The notes under the pieces were generated by a model. It saw nothing but the letters and a program-made list of their open reading frames with translations. It was not told the origin of the DNA and made no database searches. The position numbers and the translations under genes were made by a program. Below, in pieces: positions 13,365 through 26,149 of a stretch of 64,000 nucleotides of DNA (position 1 is its first letter; each line of letters begins with the position of its first letter). The stretch comes from Antedon mediterranea. Its lineage: Eukaryota; Animalia; Echinodermata. Where the stretch lies: positions 12,620,948 to 12,684,947 of the forward strand of contig NC_092673.1 in NCBI RefSeq assembly GCF_964355755.1, written 5' to 3'.

Positions 13365-13935
13365 TCTATTGAAAGCGAATTGAACAGTGAACTAACACAA
13401 ATATAAGACACACAATCAAATACATTTCGTAGGCCTACCATAATTACTAAGATTAAACCTAACATCCAATTAAACACTAAATTTACCTTAAACTTGTGTA
13501 CACAAACTCCGTAGAACTTCAAAGATGGAAGATTTTATACTAATCTCAAAACATTCATAAACTCTTCTTTTATACTATTTCAGTGAAACCATTCAACAAT
13601 GAAAAGTCGACACCTGCTATTTTATTGTTCTAGACCATGAATTGATACAAAGCAACAGGTGACTCCGCTTATTTTGACTACATCAATAACATCAAAAAAG
13701 ATATATTAGGAGGAAAATCGTATTACGAGAATTTCTATATAATATAAAGGATTTATATTAATTAGCAAAAAAAATGATCACCTGTAAAAAAAAAAAATAT
13801 ATATATATTACTTTTTATTTATTAAAAAATATACTGAACCAGTGATCTCAACTGTACAAGGCTGCATACATAACCGTTACACCAAACTTACGTTTACAAG
13901 GTTCTAGTGCAATTAGTATAATCAAACACTAACAC

Positions 13936-14351
13936 TATATATATATATAAACACAGTAGGCAAAGAACATTAATTCTAAACCGCCCGGTGATATATATAT
14001 AATTAATTTGAAACGATAAAAATGAGGAAATCTGTGAGAATGAGAAAAAGTCGATCCAACCGAGACTCGAACTCGGACCGTCTGCTTGATATGCAGTTGC
14101 CCTAACCATTATACCACTGGGGCTTTCATGGTATTGTTTAAACTCGATTGGATAGCGACTCTTTAACATTCTCGGCGTGATGCAGCGGAACATCACTAGT
14201 CCTCAGTTGTACACACGCGCATCAGAGATCAAATTGATACGCCCTCATCTTACAGTATTTTTATTCACGAGGCGGGATCTCCGAAGAGATACTTTTATAT
14301 ATATAAACACAGTAGGCAAAGAACATTAATTCTAAACCGCCCGGTGATATA
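13936..14351 (-). mobile_element. (TA)n-embedded element with ~55-bp direct repeats and an internal tRNA-like gene
   Basis: TATATATAAACACAGTAGGCAAAGAACATTAATTCTAAACCGCCCGGTGATATA is identical at ~13941-13994 and ~14298-14351; a related leader fragment lies at ~32668-32720. Confidence 0.7.
14052..14123 (-). pseudogene. tRNA-Asp-derived pseudogene (anticodon ATC)
   Basis: GCCCCAG-TGGTATAATGGTTAGGGC-A-ACTGC-ATATCAA-GCAGA-CGGT-CCGAG-TTCGAGT-CTCGG-TTGGATC: A box, B box, perfect T arm, imperfect acceptor and D stems, then TTTTT. Confidence 0.7.
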
Positions 14352-14375
14352 CATTCTTATATATATATATATATA

Positions 14376-14500
14376 TTTTACTTTATCGTTTTGATTTAGC
14401 TTTTCACTTTTTTTTTTTTTTGTATCTCCATTGATATCTAGCCACTGATACCCTCAGCATTGTCATTTTTCAGTAATTTGCCTTTGGATTTATATATATA
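14376..14500. repeat. Dispersed repeat abutting (TA)n; second copy at ~50735-50855
   Basis: TTTACTTTATCGTTTTGATTTAGCTTTT...TGTATCTCCATTGA...AGCCACTGATACCC...CAGTAATTTGCCTTTGGATTTATATA is near-identical in both places. Confidence 0.85.
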
Positions 14501-14599
14501 TTGCCCGATTAATGTAGCATAGAAGAATTATACTGTAGGCGGAGGTATGCACTCTTGGAGTGCCTTTTTCTAGTTATATTTATACTCGCTTTCTTATTT

Positions 14600-14814
14600 G
14601 TGATTGCTAATGCAGGTGGGGAACTTCTTTTTTGTTTACAGCCAGTGGGCATACTCCCAATGTTACTTCTTTTGTTTCTCCAAACATTCTCCATTTTGTC
14701 TTTTATTCTTTCTTGCCAGCCATCACTACCAATCCCTAATTTTTCTCGTATATGTGGATATTTTGAAACAAGATACAAGTAAGGTATACAGTAACACACT
14801 ATCGTACTGTACAA
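14600..14814 (-). pseudogene. Fragment resembling the EnSpm-associated (SAMD3-like) accessory protein
   Basis: LVSKYPHIREKLGIGSDGWQERIKDKMENVWR fits the LVxKYPxL...GxGxxxW...K.KxxN pattern. Confidence 0.45.
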
Positions 14815-14910
14815 AAATTTAGACCTTTTTAACAGAATACACTGTTTCGCACGTATGTCTAGTATTGATTGGTTGGTTAAATTATAATTTTGTGAAGAGA
14901 GAAAACTATT

Positions 14911-15570
14911 TCATAGGGATGCCAATATTGCATCACGAATGTTAATGGATGTTTCTGCAATGTTCTTCCAAAAATTACAGTATCGCTGTACTAATCCTTG
15001 TCTTTCCTCTTTGTTGCGCCGCTCTTCATCCCACTCTGCAAAAAACTGTTCTTTGTGAATCTCACAAATATTGTGTAGTACACAACATGCAGCCACTACA
15101 TCAGAAACAAATTTAATTTCCATATCATTTCTTTTCAAAAGTCTTCGAAATCTTAATTTCAAACGACCAAATGCATTTTCCACTACCATTTGTGCTGAAC
15201 TTAACTTGTAGTTGAATCGTTTTTGTTGGTTTGTTAACCATTGGTTGTTACTGAACTCTTTCATAAGCCATTTTTTTTAATGGATACGCTGGATCTCCTA
15301 TTAAACTTAAACATACAGGGACTAATACATTATTGAGTTGTATTGATTTCTGAAATGAAAACATTGTACACTTTAGTATATTTAAAGCATTTCATTTTAC
15401 TATAAATTCCAAACTACATCTCAGTATTATAGTATGTACTGTATGCAGCACAACTTTTTGATACCAGGCTATTACATTATTAGTAATACAAACATATTGG
15501 TTGGTTATTATACAGTAGCAAACTTACTTGTCTTGGAAATAGATAACCATCTTGTTGTTCTTCTGCTTAT
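14911..15570 (-). pseudogene. PIF/Harbinger DDE transposase (HARBI1-like), C-terminal exon(s)
   Basis: LIGDPAYPLKKWLMK...FNYKLSSAQMVVENAFGRLKLRFRRL...VAACCVLHNICE; splice acceptor ~15350 and donor ~15528. Confidence 0.88.
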
Positions 15571-18500
15571 TACTGTACAACATATTCTGGGCTGCTGAAT
15601 CGCAAGTTATTTTGACTGTAATAGAATCCGGCATTCTACTTCACCTGCATTTGCCTTCTTCTTGCCCAATTAATTGCTCTTGTAAAACATTCACTCGCTT
15701 TTGCTTTTTTTCTTTATCTTCCTTACTTTTTCTTTTCTCAATAGTTTTCAAATCAGAACCAATTACACACCATAGTGGGATTTCCTTCATATTGGTATAT
15801 TATTGATTTGTGACTCTGTTTTTTTACTGGTGATGATGCCTTAAAGTTTATTTTCAAACTTATTTTTTTTATTTGAGAAATTGAACCTGTTATTTATCTT
15901 GTTATGTTCAATTCTCAATAGTAAATAATAATAAAAAAACAAAACAAAAAATAAATACACAAAACTTCTATGGATGCAGAGATTCTTCCATCAATTGACC
16001 ACATGCACTCTTTGTATTCGAATGGTGTTAGCCTTTCAAATAGGTTTCTTCCTATCAGCATTAGATCCTCTCACATCCTTTCCGCTTCATTAATGAGCTA
16101 ATTTACAGGTCAAATACCATGTATTTTCAATATACAATAAAATATAAAATCGTAAAGTCACTACAGTAATTTCATCTCACTTGATTCATTGGTGCAGTGG
16201 CCACAGCACATTTCATATACAGAAAGAATTTATGCCTTCAAATTCCAACAATATAAACTGCACTGCTGTCTACAGTACCTCCTTGAAATCTCAAGAAATG
16301 ATGGAATACCAAGATTAATACAATTGTTCTGACAGGTTCAAGAATGGAGGTATTTTAGCATGCTACTAAATTCATGCTTTTGGAGTTTCAAAATCTCATA
16401 ATGAAGTTGTAATTGGATCTGCTCAAATATTTGTGAACTCGTTAATACAATTTTTCACAAGAACTATAAAGTGCATGTTTGATGGAAGATGGCTATAAGG
16501 TTGTTGGATAAGTATGCAGTTCAAGATATAGTACTGTGCAAATTAACCTTCAACAGACAACAAACATACAGTATTAATGTATGGGGAAGATAGATCTCCT
16601 GCCCCAAGGACTACAAACATAACTTTTTAATGCAAAGAAAAGTACATTTGGCTAATGAGAAAAATGAAATCTCTAACCAAGATTATCTACTGAGCCTATG
16701 CATCACTTTACCTTGAAGAATAAATTGTTTATACAAGACTTGTAATTTTGTTCGCTTTTTTCTATTGGAAACTGTTCCAAACTATTTGTGACAATGAAGT
16801 ACAGTACTGCTTTAGTTATGGACAAAGTCTCAACTGCAATTTTCACCACATATAAAGACAATGCAGATCGCAAATAGTTATACTCTGGAAAAGTTGAAAC
16901 TGTAAAATTGATGACCTACCACCAAAAGAAAAAGTATATCAACTCTTGAACTCTGTGAAGGATAGATAAAAGATGGAAATGCTGAGAAGATTACAACATT
17001 ATGAAATGCAGTGATAGCATGTGGAATGTACTGTGGGCACTGATCCAAAGGAGCCAAAAAGTAGACTGAATTGATTAAAATTCACATTAATGTGTGCCCA
17101 TATATTTGAATGTATATTGATTATTGAACATTTCGACCATCTCCTTCTTAAATTGTGCATAGCTTTTATTATTAACATTTATTTAAAATTGCAAACTGAA
17201 TTGTAAAAGTTTCATATCTAGACCCATAAAATACATTTATGAAATTATAATTTTCTGCCATTTTGTTTCCATTAAAATAATTTGAATTGGTTTATATTTC
17301 TTCAATGTTTTTCTAAAACTTTTTATTTATGTCAACAACTCTTTCTCAATTTCTTTGTCCAATTAATTATTGGGCTATGTTATTTTCTCTCATTTGTATG
17401 AATTTGTTTTCTTACAACTGCTTTTTACCCACACACTTTCCCTTTCTATTCAAATCCTTTAATATTAACGGTTTCTACTCTGGAAATATTCTTATTCACT
17501 AAGATTGTTTTTCAGCATTTTCTGTATTTTTATTCCTTTTCTGTTAATAGGAATCCTGAGTTTTAAAATTGTTTCACTTCATTTAGTCATGACTTAGTAC
17601 TGATTTAGAAACTGAAAATAAGATGTTTAGACATTCCAATTCAGTTTCTTTAAACATTCAACCATTGGAAGCATCAAACATTTGATAAATTCTTTCTACA
17701 AACTCGTCTGTTAAAGTTGAAGCAAAGATGTAAAAAACCGCTAATGTATGTTTGAGGAAATGTGCAGTCTTCTTTACACTCATTTTTTTAAAGGTTTATG
17801 TGGTTTCCCATATATGGTGCTAATCAGATGCCCTTTCTGCCAGTTGAAACTGTTAATAACAATGTTATAATGTACCCTCTCCATTTATTCATATTTCTGA
17901 CCAGCTGATTAGGCAGTTAATAAAAGACATGCTAACACAAGACAAAATTGGAAAACTACAAAAAATGTCACAATATTCAACGATTTGTTCTTGATCATCC
18001 ACACGGTCATAAATATAGCTTATTATTCTTATTCTTATTATTATTATTATTATTACAAGAGTAACCAATTCGATCAGCATCTCTGTATCTCAAATTCAAA
18101 TGAACCAAAATTATATAAAAAAAACAAATAAGCAGTAAACACATCTCTTATTAATAATATATGTCAAAAGTATTTATTAAGACTGGGTGTGTTTTTTAGT
18201 GTTCATTTCAGTTGATTCTTTTCCATCTTTGATCCACAGTTTCAAAGTCAAAAAAATATTCATCCAAAAGGAAATTACATTTTTTACAGATTCTCTTTTA
18301 TTTCCTTTTGCAACTGCCTTTTTTTCTTATTGACCACATTTCTTAACTCTCGTCATTGAAATAGTCAATTCGCAACTAGCAACCTTACATATTTCGTAGG
18401 CAGTCTGGTGAGCTACATTTTTGTTAAATACTGTAACTACAACAACATTCGAAAATTCGGTGGGATGTAATGTGGTTCGGGTATCCCTCAACATTGAGAT

Positions 18501-20929
18501 GTATTATGCACTAAAACCATTTGGTTACCCTTTTTTGCACAAAGTATGGCATAAAACTGTAATATGTAAACTTTTTTTGTTCTATGTTTTGTTTAAAAAT
18601 ACAAAAAACATCTATTGTGTTTAAAATATAATAATACAACATTGAAGGAATCTGAAATGTATATGTTTCAATTAAAGTAGCCTACTAAAGTGTACATGTT
18701 TTATTTCTTTTTGCTCTGAATTGTTGCAGCATATTTCAATGGTCCACATTTCAAACTTTCTTTGCCCTTCTGTTTACATAAATTGCACATTGGTAACACT
18801 GTTTAGAAATGTTCAACACTTCCTTATCCTTTGTTGCCCTGTTTGGCCACAGTGTGCAAGATACCTTTTTTTGTAATTTACTTTGTGGCACAATAGTTTA
18901 GGCCTGTTTTTTTTGTATTATTTTAAATGTTTATTTACTACAATAAATAAATAAAAATATATTTAATATTTCATCATAAAATTACACTTCCATTGTTTTG
19001 CGATCTTTAGTTTATGAAAAGGCTGTTGAAAAAATGTCTTCTCTATTGATCATTATGAAATTGTTGTTGCGTTTGGTCACTTCTGCCTCTCTAGCGCTCT
19101 TCAAGTAACACTTGCTTTCTAGAAATATATTAGATTATATTATATTTTTAATATCAATTAAATGCAACTACCGTACTCACCATTAATTTAAACCTCAAGT
19201 AAATTCCCCTTGAACGACAGCCTTCTCTTTAGGGGTGCTCCCCTTTGCTTTCATCACATTAACAATCTCTGGTCATTATGAACTTTTCCACAATCTTCTG
19301 ATTGATATAAAAATCGCTGACATTGCACATAACACACCTTCAAACATTATTAAATAACAATAAATAAAAACATTTATTTCACCAATACATCTATCTTTAA
19401 ACTACCACAGTAAAATCATCATCCGATAGCAGTAACCTTTGATTGTCCCAATAATCCGCTTTCACCATTACATTAGTTAGTATGAATTTTTTCCAGTCTT
19501 CAACTCCATCAATTTCTTCGCATACGGTGTGTCCATTTCATTGACATAAACAAAGTATTTATTCTCTTTCTTGATTAAAACATTGCCTGGTATATTTTTA
19601 GAACCTTTCAGGATCCCCCACTGACATTCTCTTTCAATATTTTTAATGTCTTTATTAAAATTGAAAGGATGTTAGTAGTTTGCGTGAATTAATTGTAAGG
19701 GTTCTGGTTTTTGTGATTTATTGGATGTTATAAATTATGTAAAACCCAACACAATTTTAAATATCTTCTTGATATAATTTACATAGATTTCTCTTCATTG
19801 GTTTGTTTTGTGAAGGTGTTTGGTCTTGATTTGACATTCTGAGAAACTAAAAGCTAGCTAATTAATGTTTTGTAAAAAATAATAACTAGACACTGAAAAC
19901 CTACCCATTATTATTCCAATATGCTCTTTCACACTGTCAAAATAACCATCTTTTATGACTATTAAAGCCAGAATGAAAAATTCTTTTCTGGGGCAAGATA
20001 TGAACTGTATAGCAAAAACGGTTAACATCTAATTTCAACTAAAATGATTTGAATACCTGATTTAATGTGAAGTACCTTCTTTTTGCTTAACCAAACTCTA
20101 GTTTGTAGATCTTGCAAGATTTTAATTTTTTCAGATCTCTTTACATCATTGTAAAATAAAATGTTAAGCTTCTTTACTTGGAGAAATCAGCTAATGGTAA
20201 AAGATAAGAGATCATCAAAGGCTGCAGTGCAGTGGTTTTTTATCAGAAGGAGTCTTAAATTGGAGGGAGATCTATATCTCTGCTTTTTCCAGTTAACTCA
20301 GTTGGCAAAGAACTCAACTTAAATTTGTTGCAGGCAAACAGTGTCTGTTTCTCAGAACACTGCGAAAGTCCACATGTTGTTCAAATGTCCGTATTTTCGG
20401 GTTGGCAGTGCCTTATGAATTGCTACACACAAAGTGAAAACCCATTAGAAAAAGTATGTGAAGTACAGAAATGATCCGTGTTCGTGATCTACTTAATAAA
20501 GAACTCAAATCATGTAATGATTGAAAATAATGGAAGTTAATAAACACAATTGAGGGAGAGAAACATGGATTGGAAGGTAAGCGCGGTATTTGTGATGCTG
20601 CTTAAATTCCTTTCTCTTTTCGGCTATCCTAGTCAACATCACTCTAATTGTTTATTGATACTTGTTCTATCTCATCTCTTTCTATTTTATTGTAGTTTTA
20701 TAAATTTTCCAGAGTCTGCTACTAATCTTGTTCTTACAATATATTGTTATTGAAACTGCTCAAAATAAATGAATGAATCCGACAATCTATAATGCAATAT
20801 CAAGTTTTATTTTAATTATTCACTTTTTTTACAGAAGTCAACAAATACTTCAATTATAATACCTCAACAGTATAAATAGGAAAACATATTTTTTTTTTTT
20901 TCTTCAATTACAGTTATCAATATTTTATT

Positions 20930-23900
20930 ATTATTGTTATTTATTTATTTTATTAAATATTATAATAATAATAAATGAAAACTTATATAGCGCCGGTATC
21001 CTCCACCCATGTGGCGCTCATGGCGCTTTGTGCATTAACAACGTGCGAGAACATCAGCGAATAGCGACGTCTTTAGGTTGGTCTTGAAACTGTTTAGACT
21101 AGTTGAGCATTTAACTGTTGCTGGTAAGCTGTTCCATACACTTGCGGCCGCAACGTAAAAAGATCTCTGACCCCACTGATTTTTCGCTCTACGCTCTTGA
21201 AGAAGGTTTTGTGACAATGATCGTAGGCCTCTGCGGGATGATTCGTAACGATCCACAAGGTCAGATAAATAAGCAGGAGCACTGTCATTTAGGATCTTGA
21301 ATACAAACAACGCAAGTTTGTACTTAATACGTTGTTGAACAGGCAACCAATGCAAATCCATCAGGACAGGAGTTATGTGAGCGTTTGATTTTGTATAAGT
21401 TACAATTCTAGCTGCCATATTTTGCAAGCGCTGCAAACGTTGTATTTGAGATTTTGGTAAGCCAAACAACAAGGCATTACCAATTTTAGAAGTGACAAAT
21501 GAGTGTACAATCAATTCAGCTGTTTTCTTGTTAAGATTACCGCGAATACGACCAAGGTTCCTAATCGATATGCATGCTGCTTTGGATACAGTTGTTATTT
21601 GTGCTTCCATAGTGAGATTACTATCCAGCATGATTCCCAGATTCCGGACCACCGATGAGGGAGCAATGTTAGAGTTTCCGATTCTGATATGTGTGATGTT
21701 GATTTTGGAGATGTTACATTTAGACCCGACAATAATAAACTCTGTCTTTCCATCATTCAACTTTAGGTAATTTGTTGTCATCCAATTGCGAACATCTTCT
21801 ATACAGGCTTCCATCTTACTGATTGCTGCAGCAACATCCCTTTGCACTGGATTTACTGACACATAAATCTGTGTATCATCTGCATAGAAATAGAAATGTA
21901 GACTGTGTTTGCGAATACCGTACTGACGCGGGTATAAGCCCACCCCCCTCGAACATGAAATCACGTCAAGTTTGGGGGGTGGGCTTATACCCGAGGATCC
22001 AAAAATGCAGATCGTCAAAAACAGCACATGTACACTGTGTATTCCACCGTGCGAGCGAGCGCCCTCACGTGTACGACGTTGCCTCTAAATACACGAGGTG
22101 TAGAGTGTCGGAAAATTAAGCTTATAGTTCGTGTAATTTATCGTAGAATATCTTATTTTAAACATCAATTGAACAAGAATTTATCAAGCAGAAAAGCAAG
22201 TATACAATATTCGTTAAATAGAAATGTACCAAAGAAATTTAATAAGCTTGTTAATGGCGGCCGATACCAAATAGTGGTTTTCCGTTTTGGCGACTTGTAG
22301 CGTCGTGTGTGAAGCGATCTTTGACCGCGATGGAGTGTAAACAAAACAGGACCGCTAGGCCTCATATGGCCTAGCGTATATTAGCCTAGCTTGGTTATGA
22401 TCAAAGGTAGGTGTATTCGGTGTATGGACGTCGCCAAATACAAAATAATATATTACGACACACACTGTAGATCTTCGAATTAATGGGTGGGCTTATACCC
22501 GAGTGCCTCATTTTTCATGAAAATTAGTCAAAAGTCGGGGGTGGGCTTATACCCGAGTATGGGCTTATACCCGCGTCAGTACGGTAATGTCACCAAGGGG
22601 AAGCGTATAAATGGAAAACTGGCCAGGCCCAATTACTGACCCCTGTGGTACACCATATTCCAGGCAAGCTTCATCTGAGAATGCATCATTGATACAGACT
22701 AGCTGACGTCTTCCTGTAAGATATGACTGGAACCAGTTAAGAGCAACACCATTTATGCCAATGCGATTTCTCAGACGGGTTATCAGTCTTTGGTGATCAA
22801 CTGTATCAAACGCTGCTGACAAATCCAACAACACCAATAGCGTTATTTTCCCATCATTCATTCCTTGTAACAAATCATTCTGTACCTTTAAAAGGGAACT
22901 CTCCGTGCTATGACATGCACGATATGCCGACTGGTAATTCTCATTTAAATTATGCTTTTGAAGATATGGAGTAATGCGTGATGTCACTACACGCTCCAGA
23001 GTCTTTCCAAGAAAAGAAAGATTCGACACCGGGCGGTAATTTTTCAGCGTGTTATGATCCAAGTTTTGCTTTTTTATTAAAGGACGAACGTGAGCAATTT
23101 TCAGTTCATCTGGCACTATGCCGGTATTAAGAGAATGGTTAATGATTTCCGTTATTATTGGAACGACTGCGTCTATACACTTCTTCAGTATAGAAGTAGG
23201 AACTGGATCTAACCTGCATGATTTTGTTGGTGATTTCATCAGAATGTTGCGGATCTCATCTTGAGATGCTGGTGTAAATGTTGTGAGATGCTGATGAACA
23301 GCTGTCACAGGCTCATTAAATGACATGTCATCAATCTTGAAGTCGTCTCTGATGATCTTCATCTTGTCTGTGAAAAACTGACAGAACCTGTTCGCAAGAT
23401 CTAAGTCAGAAAGACTATCTGGGAGAGGTGATACCTGGCGATGATGAAGGAGTTGGTTAACAATTTTAAAAAGTCCTTTCTGATCTGCTGCATGTTCTTC
23501 ACACAAGCCAATGTAGTAGTTGGCCCTTGCCTTTCTTACCATGGAATTGACATTCCTCTTCTGTGCAATGTAAGCTTGACGATCTATTTCCAGATGAGAG
23601 ATTCTCCATTTCTTTTCAAGCTTACGCTTTGTTCTTTTCTCAGCATAGATGTCACTGTTATACCAACTAGTGTTTGGTCGGACCTTTACTGTTCTCTTTT
23701 TCGGTGGTGCGTGTTTGTCAAGAAGTTCACTCAAAGTGGTGACATATAGTCGTACTTTACTTGATAAATCAAGATTTGAGAGCGAAGTTCCGAGATCAGA
23801 CTGTGTGATATCTTTACATAATGTCTCAAAATTTATAGCATTCCAATGACGAGTTTCGATGGATTTAGTGATTACGGGTGGCTTCTTGATAAGGAGATTA

Positions 23901-24485
23901 CATGTGATTGCATAGTGATCTGATATACCATCAATGACATTAAGGTTTGAGAAAACAGGAGGATCAGATGAACGAGTGATCAGCAAGTCTATTGTATGAC
24001 CATGTCGGTGTGTAGGTGTAGACACATGCTGTTGAAGACTGCTTGCTACAAGTAGATTCCGAAAATGAATTGCATCTGCATCATTTGGCATATCCACATG
24101 GATGTTAAAGTCTCCAACGAATAGTATGGGAGCCGGCTTCAATACATAGTGATCAACCAAAGTTGAGAATTCTTCAGTGAAAACATTTAGACTGCAACCC
24201 GTTGATTTGCTTTGAGGACGATATACTGCTACGAGGAAAACTGAGGATGCATTGCTGACTATTTCCACATTTAGCAGTTCAAATGATTTTGGTAATAATC
24301 CCGTGTCATAACATTTAACCGCTATGCTTTCCTTGTAAAGAAGTGCAACTCCACCACCTCTTTTAGTACCAGCACGGGGAGCATGTTTGAGAGAGTATCC
24401 GTTGGGTGTAATATTTCCTATAACTGATGTGTCTTCTGGTTTAAGCCACGTTTCCGAAAGGGCAACAACATCCAGATTATGTTAT
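20930..24485 (-). mobile_element. L2-clade LINE, 5'-truncated, near-intact ORF2 (APE endonuclease and RT)
   Basis: ALSETWL, RGGGVA, VYRP, GDFN, HGHTIDL, SDH, NYRPVSNL, QSAYR, LDLSAAFDTVDH, GVPQGSVIGP, YADDTQ, HITPVLMDLHWLPV; L2-like 3' end AAAGCGCCATGAG...GCGCTATATAAG plus (TTA)n tail. Split by a MITE at 21918-22584. Confidence 0.93.
21918..22584. mobile_element. Tc1/mariner (pogo/Tigger-like) MITE, 667 bp, TA TSD
   Basis: ta|CCGTACTGACGCGGGTATAAGCCC ... GGGCTTATACCCGCGTCAGTACGG|ta: perfect 24-bp TIRs, plus internal GGGCTTATACCCGAG repeats. Confidence 0.92.
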
Positions 24486-24539
24486 ATCAGTATCACAATA
24501 AAATATCTTTGCAGTTCTGCGCTGTTTATACATGCGGGA

Positions 24540-24700
24540 ATGTTTCCATACAGATGGGAACAGGCGTGAAGCAATTGCTTAGCGGTTTGGGTTCCTCCTC
24601 TGAACTCCTCCCACAAAGTGTGTAATTGCCTGTGAAGTCGTCTTTTTTTGGTATCTACATAGTTATTTTTTGCAGTCACATTTGGTGATGGATCAACTTT
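24540..24700 (-). pseudogene. Possible MULE/Mutator transposase C-terminal remnant
   Basis: RLHRQLHTLWEEFRGGTQTAKQLLHACSHLYG resembles the LW..Y..G..(S/T)..QLL.ACS tail seen in animal MULE transposases. Confidence 0.4.
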
Positions 24701-25697
24701 GCTTGTTCGTGGAGCAAAGGTATTAACTATTAAAGTGGGATGTCTCCAATTTGGGCAGCATTATTAAGGGCCTTATGCCACCCTTCAACGTCGTCGTTAG
24801 GGCGGATCGATTGCCCAAATGCTGTCCATTTGATTGGTGGCCATATTGTGGATTCTATTCAATTGTGTTGGACGTAGATTAATTTTGCATACATAATATG
24901 TAATTCATTGGATTCTCCATTATAAACACTAATCAAATCACAAAGTAATTAAAGAAATATAATTAAAATGACCAAAGTAAAACATAAAAAAAAAAAAAAC
25001 TTTTTAACACAAATATTTTCTTTGTCATGACATTTACGTACGTATTAATTGTTTCCATAACTCTTCGGTAGTATGATAGACATCGGCGATATACCATTTA
25101 ATTGTCACATACAGTAATAGTATAACATATTGCTGATGATTTGAGATAGAATATATACAAAAAAATATTTTTATTTTACTGTATTAATCCACAATCTATA
25201 TAATATATCTAAGAATATGACGTGAGGCCGACATGACGTAGGGCCGGCTTGACTTTAAAAAATCTACCCGTTATTATTGCTGTTGATGGGGTACTTCTGC
25301 GTTTCTTCCATGACTAGTGCAGATACTGTTAACTCTTGATTACCGTAGTCATAGCACCTGACACATTGGAGGCTGCCTTCCCCCACAGAACTACATTAAT
25401 GCAATTATCTCTGCTACTTCCTAATGTCAAAATGACACTTGCATACAATTTCTATACAGTGACATTACTTATTAAACCGACTTAACAAACTGGTTCTTGT
25501 CTAGCTTGGTCAGTTTAGAGGCAATGGTACCTATGTCGCATAGCATTTCAGCATTATAATAGTCTTCTTTGTTGCCATATATGCAACCATTTCATATGTG
25601 TTTCTGGCATAAAATATAAAACATTGACATTTAAAATTTGTCTCCATTAATTTTATGAATAATAGAAAAAAAATACTGTATGAACAGAATTTACTGG

Positions 25698-26149
25698 TTC
25701 TTCCAAATGTTTCCGTATTGTTCGGTCTTTCTTGGCCCTTCTTCCCAATGTTTCCGTATTGTTCGGTCTTTCTTGGCCCTTCTTCCCAATGTTTCCGTAT
25801 TGTTCGGTCTTTCTTGGCCCTTCTTCCAAATGTTTCCGTATTGTTCGGTCTTTCTTGGCCCTTCTTCCAAATGTTTCCGTATTGTTCGGTCTTTCTTGGC
25901 CCTTCTTCCAAGTGTTTCCGTATTGTTCGGTCTTTCTTGGCCCTTCTTCCAAATGTTTCCGTATTGTTCGGTCTTTCTTGGCCCTTCTTCCAAATGTTTC
26001 CGTATTGTTCGGTCTTTCTTGGCCCTTCTTCCAAATGTTTCCGTATTGTTCGGTCTTTCTTGGCCCTTCTTCCAAATGTTTCCGTATTGTTCGGTCTTTC
26101 TTGGCCCTTCTTCCAAATGTTTCCGTATTATTCGGTCTTTCTTGGCCCT
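25698..26149. repeat. Minisatellite, 41-bp unit x ~11, near-perfect
   Basis: TTCTTCCAAATGTTTCCGTATTGTTCGGTCTTTCTTGGCCC repeated head to tail with no spacers; produces the six spurious ORFs at 25531-26204. Confidence 0.97.

Noticed and set aside
14052-14123. Functional tRNA gene
   Set aside because: Mismatched acceptor and D stems, non-canonical anticodon loop, and located inside a repeat; called a pseudogene.
21035-22027. 330-aa ORF as an independent gene
   Set aside because: Its N-terminus is read from the inserted MITE; the rest is the L2 RT C-terminus.
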